Positions 45,250-50,078 of a DNA stretch of 50,078 bases are shown here, piece after piece. Origin of the DNA: a phage; the sequence record NC_107631.1; one strand, given 5' to 3'. Numbering within the stretch: the stretch's first letter is position 1; each line of letters opens with the position of its first letter. The translations under genes and the position numbers were made by a program. Under the pieces are notes generated by a model, which had not been told where the DNA came from, did not search any database, and saw only the letters and a list, made by a program, of their open reading frames with translations.

Positions 45250-46060
45250 TCCATTCGCTAATTTTTGGAGGCTTTACAGATTCAACACAGTTCTTCAATA
45301 TCGCACACCTTTCGGCAAGTATGTCTGATTTGCTGCCACCTTTGGAAAGGCATTGATCTACAGCTTGCTTAACGTCATCAGTATCAATCCACTTATCCTT
45401 GTGGATACTCCTCCTGCAAGCCTCAATTGTCACTACCTTATTTATGGCAAGGTACTTAGGAACGTTGCAAGCCAGGTTAGTGCTATCTGCTGAGTTTAGA
45501 GGGTAGTTACCTAAAACTCTTCCATCAAGCATCCTTAGCCCATGCAGTTTTACCTCAACATTAGATTCCTTAATGGCTGAAAAAGCCTCACTTATCCTTT
45601 GCTTCCACCTGGCGGATCTGACTGTTGCAAATTCTCCAGAAGATCCCATGCATACCCATTCCCATTTTTCACATAGACTTATCAGTCTGCTTATTGGCTC
45701 GTGCATATGCCACACCGGAGCTGCCTTACTCTTTAGATCTGAAGGCAACTGAGATATGAGCTTATCATTATCCTCGGCACTGCCAGTTATGTCATCCGGG
45801 ATAACAAAGAATCTCAATTTTGGGTTGTCAAACCAGTCAGGAAGGAAGTTGCAATAAAACTCTCTCCAGTCTTGATTCTTCCCGCTCTTCCACTTTGAGA
45901 ACGCCCCATTATCTATGCATACAGTGTCAGCCGCATCAAAGGCTAATTTTATCTGATCAGGTCGCTCGAATGATACGAATGCACCGCTTCCACGGTGCGC
46001 GATTCGTGCAATCCTTCCCCTATCTCCCCATATTGGAGATCCGTGAAAGTGAATTGTCAT
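45233..46060 (-). CDS. DpdA-like DNA-guanine transglycosylase (TGT family), putative
   Basis: Local matches to TGT catalytic motifs: CIDNGAFS vs LTDSGGFQ, FVIPDD vs MIFDEC, SADSTNLACNVP vs GIDMFDCVMP; overlaps the start of the transporter-like gene. Confidence 0.5.
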   Translation of the reverse strand: MTIHFHGSPIWGDRGRIARIAHRGSGAFVSFERPDQIKLAFDAADTVCIDNGAFSKWKSGKNQDWREFYCNFLPDWFDNPKLRFFVIPDDITGSAEDNDKLISQLPSDLKSKAAPVWHMHEPISRLISLCEKWEWVCMGSSGEFATVRSARWKQRISEAFSAIKESNVEVKLHGLRMLDGRVLGNYPLNSADSTNLACNVPKYLAINKVVTIEACRRSIHKDKWIDTDDVKQAVDQCLSKGGSKSDILAERCAILKNCVESVKPPKISEWNSTFC

Positions 46061-46536
46061 AGTTTAAATTTCCTCATGATAGCTATGATTATAAATGCGC
46101 CAACTGTCTTAGCTGCGAATTGAGCTAATGAAACATCAATCATTATGCTTCCGAATGCTATCATTGGGAACGCCATAGAGTCAATTGCAGCCGACACTGT
46201 ATTTGCCGGGATTGATTTGCTGTAGAAGTCACCACGCTTCAACTTGAACGTTATGGCGCTACCAGTTCCAGCAAGGATTACTGATGATACTGATGCAACA
46301 GCTATCATTCCTGCACTGGGGTCTATAATCACTGTAGCAATCCCAGCTACAAAGCAAGCTAGCATCGAATACCAGAACCCAAAATTGTGCTGTATCTTGT
46401 CCCTGATAACCATGTCTGCTGATATGATTACGAGTGCATTGATTGGGGTTGACCACACCCCAAAGTACGCTACTGACAGGTTTGCTGCAACATACAGCAA
46501 AACAAATAATACAATCATTACTGATAATTTACGCAT
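46057..46536 (-). CDS. YhhQ/QueT-family (DUF165-like) 7-deazaguanine precursor transporter, putative
   Basis: About 6 predicted transmembrane helices; F-KLKRGDFYSKSIPANTVSAAIDSMAFPMIAF aligns with E. coli YhhQ FNRLRQSRRWWLAPTASTLFGNVSDTLAFFFIAF. Confidence 0.55.
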   Translation of the reverse strand: MRKLSVMIVLFVLLYVAANLSVAYFGVWSTPINALVIISADMVIRDKIQHNFGFWYSMLACFVAGIATVIIDPSAGMIAVASVSSVILAGTGSAITFKLKRGDFYSKSIPANTVSAAIDSMAFPMIAFGSIMIDVSLAQFAAKTVGAFIIIAIMRKFKL

Positions 46537-46657
46537 ACGGCCTCCGTGGAAAAGATTGGTAGGATCTGGATGTTTGGTCTAACCTGCCTGATTCTGCTTA
46601 CGATTGATTCATCACTTAGAGGATAAAACACACCATTTACGAGCCATCCTATCCTAA

Positions 46658-46828
46658 TCATTCGTCGATCTCTCCAATATACTTAGCCTCTTTCCACTGT
46701 GAGTATGCATCTTGCTCGCTGAACCCGTAGCCAGTAAAGCCACCTCCCTGGCACATGAACCGCTTAAATTTCATGATTCCTTTGTAGCTGTCGCCGCGGT
46801 CGGTGATTTTGCATTCTTCGTTAATCAT
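46658..46828 (-). CDS. hypothetical small protein (about 56 aa), not in ORF track
   Basis: ATG preceded by GAGGAAACGAAG; coordinates approximate. Confidence 0.4.
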   Translation of the reverse strand: MINEECKITDRGDSYKGIMKFKRFMCQGGGFTGYGFSEQDAYSQWKEAKYIGEIDE

Positions 46829-46859
46829 CTTCGTTTCCTCGTTCGTTGTCGATGGGATA

Positions 46860-46903
46860 ACTATACCAAGCTATCCCGATCCAGCTTTAACAAAAAGTGC
46901 TAT
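46860..46903 (-). promoter_or_regulatory. dyad-motif middle promoter (cassette family A)
   Basis: ATAGCAC-TTT-TTGTTAA then TGgTATAGT 28 nt downstream inside inverted repeat GGGATA..TATCCC. Confidence 0.55.
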
Positions 46904-46917
46904 TTACCGTTCAGTGC

Positions 46918-47493
46918 TCACAGTCCACACTTTTCGATATGCGCTTTCATCTGGCGAACGATCTCGTTTACGTCACGAGTCATCAATTCGCTATCAGCCA
47001 GTTTACCCACATCAACCACAAACGAATCCAGGCAATCAGCCAGGCTAACTTTTTTCCGACTGCGGCGCTTCTTCACTGGAACTTCTTCGTCACTCACTGA
47101 GATGGTAACGACTCGCAACTTCTCATCGTTCATGGTTACGCTCACCTTGACCGACTTGCCGATTTTGGAGAAGTGACGAGAAACGATCGGGGTGATGAAT
47201 GATGATTTAAACTTCTCGTTAATCTCTTCCGTCTTCCCGAGCAACCAAGACTCGGCATATCCGCTAACAGCATCATCATCAGCGTCAGGGACTGACTTTC
47301 TCACTGCTGCCTCAGCCATCTGAGTAGCGTCGAATGAGAACTCGACATTCTCGCCATCACCATAAAGCTGATCGCAAGCGGCACGGATAACATCGGTCAC
47401 TTTTGCCTCCTGGCGCTTCTCAACGGTCACGCCAGATTTCTGGTAAGCCGCCTGAATTGCTGCCTGCACTGCGTCTGATTGGTAAGAACTCAT
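46918..47493 (-). CDS. hypothetical protein, first gene of the leftward accessory operon
   Basis: Start moved to Met31 with GAGGAG RBS; acidic N-terminal half, basic patch KKRRSRKK. Confidence 0.5.
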   Translation of the reverse strand: MSSYQSDAVQAAIQAAYQKSGVTVEKRQEAKVTDVIRAACDQLYGDGENVEFSFDATQMAEAAVRKSVPDADDDAVSGYAESWLLGKTEEINEKFKSSFITPIVSRHFSKIGKSVKVSVTMNDEKLRVVTISVSDEEVPVKKRRSRKKVSLADCLDSFVVDVGKLADSELMTRDVNEIVRQMKAHIEKCGL

Positions 47494-47608
47494 ATCTTTC
47501 TCCTCATTTTCAATATACACCATGATTAACATGTAACACTGTGTCTCTAATCGTAGTGTTACACGGCGACACGCTTGTGTCAAGGCTTGCGAGCCGATTT
47601 TAAGCGTG

Positions 47609-47635
47609 GTTAATCGTGTTAATCGTGTTAATCGC
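47609..47635. repeat. tandem direct repeat (GTTAATCGT)x3
   Basis: Three consecutive 9-bp units in the divergent control region, next to GTGTTACA sites. Confidence 0.7.
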
Positions 47636-47699
47636 TTTTCCCATATAAATATGAGCCGATAAAACTACTGTATATATAAACATGAATATAATAACCAGA

Positions 47700-47830
47700 G
47701 CATCCAACGATTAACATAGTAGACACGCTATACATCCATATTACAAATAATAGTATCTATATATATAAATAAAAAAAACACTTATATATTATATATATAC
47801 ATATATCTATATGTATATTATAAGGCGTAA
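47700..47830. repeat. AT-rich low-complexity block with TATATATA runs
   Basis: Extended TA-rich sequence resembling the block at about 16060-16125. Confidence 0.6.
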
Positions 47831-47911
47831 TTTGGTGTAATTTTGTCTACGATTGCGATTTAGGCAAATCATATACATGGATTAACACACAATCAAGCGT
47901 AATCGTAATTG

Positions 47912-47928
47912 ATAGCACTTTTTGCTAA
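47912..47928 (+). promoter_or_regulatory. dyad element without an obvious -10 partner
   Basis: ATAGCAC-TTT-TTGCTAA; no -10-like hexamer at +28 on either strand. Confidence 0.4.
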
Positions 47929-48116
47929 AAATGGAGATGACTACCAGGCGAACCGGGTAACACCAATTCCTCCCTCTCACAATCATTGCAATCTCAGCAA
48001 CAAATCAACCAACTGTTGCACACCATGCAATAATCACGTTTCATCATTCGCAATCAATAACAATCAAAATTATTCCACCTATTCCAGTATTGATGGAATA
48101 ATGAGCAATTATTGAA

Positions 48117-48161
48117 ATAGCATTTTTCGCTAACGACTTGACCAGGTTGTCAGGGTATAGT
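48117..48161 (+). promoter_or_regulatory. dyad-motif promoter (degenerate) for the rightward early genes
   Basis: ATAGCAT-TTT-TCGCTAA then TATAGT about 29 nt downstream; followed by CAACCAATCAGGAG RBS cassette. Confidence 0.45.
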
Positions 48162-48193
48162 TCGGGCCATCAACCAATCAGGAGAATCACCAT

Positions 48194-48424
48194 ATGGCAA
48201 TCAAACACCCTGGATTAAAGAAAGCAATCCAGCGCGCCAATGACGAGGGATTCATTGTCTACCGCACACATTACGGTCACATGGGTGGATTAAAAGAGCA
48301 TCATACAAAGGTTGAGCTTGTCGACCTTTGGGAAGATTACGATACATTCCAGTATATCGCCACGTCTGACGTAGAGGCGCAAGTGAAATACATCAACGAT
48401 ACAATTGATAGTTTTAGAGGGTGA
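48194..48424 (+). CDS. hypothetical early protein
   Basis: 76 aa; conserved CAACCAATCAGGAG RBS. Confidence 0.5.
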   Translation: MAIKHPGLKKAIQRANDEGFIVYRTHYGHMGGLKEHHTKVELVDLWEDYDTFQYIATSDVEAQVKYINDTIDSFRG

Positions 48425-48428
48425 TTAC

Positions 48429-48800
48429 ATGTTTAAACAATTCGTAGACCTTGACTTCTCAGCAAGCACAGCAATCCAGACTGACGAGAAAGAGAACGTA
48501 GCGATCGAGAACATTGCTCGCAAGATTTACAACAAGCAAGAGAAGGCAGTGAGAGCCGCTCTAAGCGCTTATTACGGTGTAAGTGATGCAATGGAGTGTG
48601 TTAACCGTGTAACGCGCGTGGTGGACCGTTCTGGCGCGTCTCGTTTCGTCGATGACGATACTGGCGAAACAATCATCCAGCTTAACAATCCATCCATGCG
48701 CACCGAGCTTGGCAATATTGCATTATGGGGCGTGGCTAACTACTCAATCACCGTGAACTCCTGCATTGCGGGTCGCGTCAAGGAGGCATTATATGAGTGA
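48429..48800 (+). CDS. hypothetical early protein
   Basis: Start moved to Met9 with AGAGGG RBS; 123 aa. Confidence 0.5.
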   Translation: MFKQFVDLDFSASTAIQTDEKENVAIENIARKIYNKQEKAVRAALSAYYGVSDAMECVNRVTRVVDRSGASRFVDDDTGETIIQLNNPSMRTELGNIALWGVANYSITVNSCIAGRVKEALYE

Positions 48801-48993
48801 TAATATTTACCGCGTAGTGGCGATCTCACGTAAGACACAGAAGAGAGCGATCGCTTACATGGGTAGTAGCGCCATTGAAGCTACGGACGCTTTCGAATTG
48901 CTAAAGAATAATGAAGGATTTATGAACACGTTCCGCGTTCGACTTGAGCGCCTCGAACCTGTTATCATTGATGAAGCGCGAAAGCTATCCTGA
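48793..48993 (+). CDS. hypothetical early protein
   Basis: Start moved to Met10 with AGGAGG RBS; overlaps the previous stop. Confidence 0.5.
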   Translation: MSDNIYRVVAISRKTQKRAIAYMGSSAIEATDAFELLKNNEGFMNTFRVRLERLEPVIIDEARKLS

Positions 48994-49010
48994 ATGGTTA
49001 AGGGGGAGTA

Positions 49011-49331
49011 ATGAACCACACTTACAAAATCACAACGAAGTCACCGAAGATTAACGGAAGCACGGTTGCGGCACTGAATAACGCGGCGGCAATTCACGAA
49101 AAAAATATCATGGAGCGCGTGAAGGCAGCGGTAGGTAGATTCTACGGGATCAATGCCGACATTGCCGACAGCAAGCGACTGTTCAAATACGTTCCAGGTC
49201 ATCCATATGGCAGGATGATTGATATCAAGCATGATAAAGAACTGGTTCGAATCGGATCGCTTAGCGTTGACGAGTTCGACCATAGCATCAACCTGGTTAC
49301 GGCATATCAAACATGGGACGGTAAAAAATGA
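49011..49331 (+). CDS. hypothetical early protein
   Basis: 106 aa; RBS AAGGGGGAG. Confidence 0.5.
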   Translation: MNHTYKITTKSPKINGSTVAALNNAAAIHEKNIMERVKAAVGRFYGINADIADSKRLFKYVPGHPYGRMIDIKHDKELVRIGSLSVDEFDHSINLVTAYQTWDGKK

Positions 49332-49471
49332 TTTATGTTCACACCTTTTATACAGGAAAGTTTAACAGCGTAAAAAATGTTCGCGTTTACGATAGTCACC
49401 AAAAAGCAATGATGCAGAGAGTAGTGCTAGGAGGAACAATCAAAGAGTGCAAAGTAATCTCTGAGTACTGA
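49328..49471 (+). CDS. hypothetical very small protein, not in ORF track
   Basis: ATG overlapping the previous stop (ATGA); coordinates approximate. Confidence 0.25.
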   Translation: MIYVHTFYTGKFNSVKNVRVYDSHQKAMMQRVVLGGTIKECKVISEY

Positions 49472-49515
49472 TAGCACAAATTGCTAAAGACACACACCGG
49501 GGAGTGAGTTATATT
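49471..49515 (+). promoter_or_regulatory. dyad-motif promoter
   Basis: ATAGCAC-AAA-TTGCTAA then TTATAT(T) 28-29 nt downstream inside inverted repeat GGGAGT..ACTCCC. Confidence 0.5.
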
Positions 49516-49548
49516 ACTCCCACACCAAACGAAACAAAGGAATCAAAA

Positions 49549-49773
49549 ATGAGCATTAAAGTTGAGAATATCATCAAGCACTTGAACGCAAAAGGTCGTG
49601 TAGTTATCAAAATGGATAAGTCTTCCGGTTTTATTTCAATGACGGTAACTAAGACCCGTAACGGTAATAACGTTATTGGCAGCACGCCAGGCTCGCACTT
49701 AGTAAATGCAACAGATGCGGATGTGCGCGCTACGCTTGAGGCTAACTCAATTTACATTAATTCATGGAGTTAA
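49549..49773 (+). CDS. hypothetical early protein
   Basis: Start moved to Met16 with AAAGGA RBS; 74 aa. Confidence 0.5.
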   Translation: MSIKVENIIKHLNAKGRVVIKMDKSSGFISMTVTKTRNGNNVIGSTPGSHLVNATDADVRATLEANSIYINSWS

Positions 49774-49777
49774 TTTA

Positions 49778-49990
49778 ATGGAACGGGATAATTTCTGGAC
49801 TCGTTATTTTGGCGCTCTTGATGCTGGTCTTAGTGCTGAATGGTGTATCAAGGTAGCGTATAAAGAAATAACGCTTGAAGAGGCTTTGGGTGATATGAAT
49901 ATGGACGAAGAAAGTGAGTTTGATCCTGATTTTGAATTACCAGAAGAACCAAAAAACGAAGATTTAGACGACGATTATATCCCGTGGTAA
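49778..49990 (+). CDS. small acidic protein with SSB-tail-like C-terminus
   Basis: Start moved to Met25 with GGAG RBS; C-terminal DEESEFDPDFELPEEPKNEDLDDDYIPW. Confidence 0.5.
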   Translation: MERDNFWTRYFGALDAGLSAEWCIKVAYKEITLEEALGDMNMDEESEFDPDFELPEEPKNEDLDDDYIPW

Positions 49991-50034
49991 ATAGCACGAT
50001 TTGTTAATATTGCCGTAAGGTCATTTGATAAAGT
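49991..50034 (+). promoter_or_regulatory. dyad-motif promoter (cassette family B)
   Basis: ATAGCAC-GAT-TTGTTAA then TGaTAAAGT 28 nt downstream inside inverted repeat; the whole cassette is near-identical to the one at 43803..43886. Confidence 0.55.
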
Positions 50035-50070
50035 GGCCTTATTCAAGATAACCAATCAGGAGTTAACACC

Positions 50071-50078
50071 ATGAAAAA
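50071..50078 (+). CDS. start of a gene truncated by the window end
   Basis: ATG AAA AA following the conserved AACCAATCAGGAG cassette. Confidence 0.4.

Noticed and set aside
47609-47635. (GTTAATCGT)x3 as a CRISPR array.
   Set aside because: Units are 9 bp with no spacers; this is a simple tandem repeat.
47909-48115. Track ORF 47909..48115 (68 aa).
   Set aside because: Its start overlaps the dyad element and the frame runs through promoter-like sequence; composition is low-complexity; more likely regulatory DNA.
1-50078. Integrase, excisionase, CI-like repressor, attachment site or other lysogeny features; tRNA or rRNA genes; CRISPR arrays.
   Set aside because: None recognised on either strand; the element appears to be a virulent phage genome.

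Overview
This window looks like a near-complete genome of a virulent siphophage with T1-like (Drexlerviridae-type) organisation; no integrase, repressor/lysogeny module, tRNA, rRNA or CRISPR array was seen. All calls come from reading the sequence and ORF translations by eye; no searches were run, and coordinates I derived by counting (promoters, motifs, unlisted small ORFs) may be off by 1-2 nt. Layout: a rightward early cluster of small genes (47.9-50.1 kb, probably continuing into 1-2.9 kb with an HNH endonuclease and a P-loop replication protein); a leftward block with lysis cassette (holin, SAR endolysin, unimolecular spanin), HTH-phosphoesterase, Dam-type methyltransferase, VRR-NUC nuclease and SF2 helicase (3.0-10.0 kb); a rightward HTH regulator, primase-like protein and tail fibre (10.0-13.5 kb); a leftward exonuclease-ERF-SSB recombination module (13.5-15.8 kb); a long leftward late operon with lambda-like tail genes, capsid genes, portal and terminase (16.5-38.7 kb); and a leftward accessory region of small genes (38.7-47.5 kb). 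The accessory region holds the most interesting content: a DpdA-like DNA transglycosylase plus a YhhQ-like 7-deazaguanine precursor transporter with no preQ0 biosynthesis genes nearby, and a polynucleotide kinase/phosphatase split into two genes. The strongest non-coding signal is a 17-bp dyad element (consensus ATAGCAC-N3-TTGCTAA) found about 20 times in intergenic DNA; in 13 cases a -10-like hexamer lies 28 nt (29 in one) downstream of its centre and is enclosed by a locus-specific inverted repeat. I interpret these as a -35-less middle-promoter class with a shared activator site, some packaged as duplicated promoter/5'UTR cassettes.
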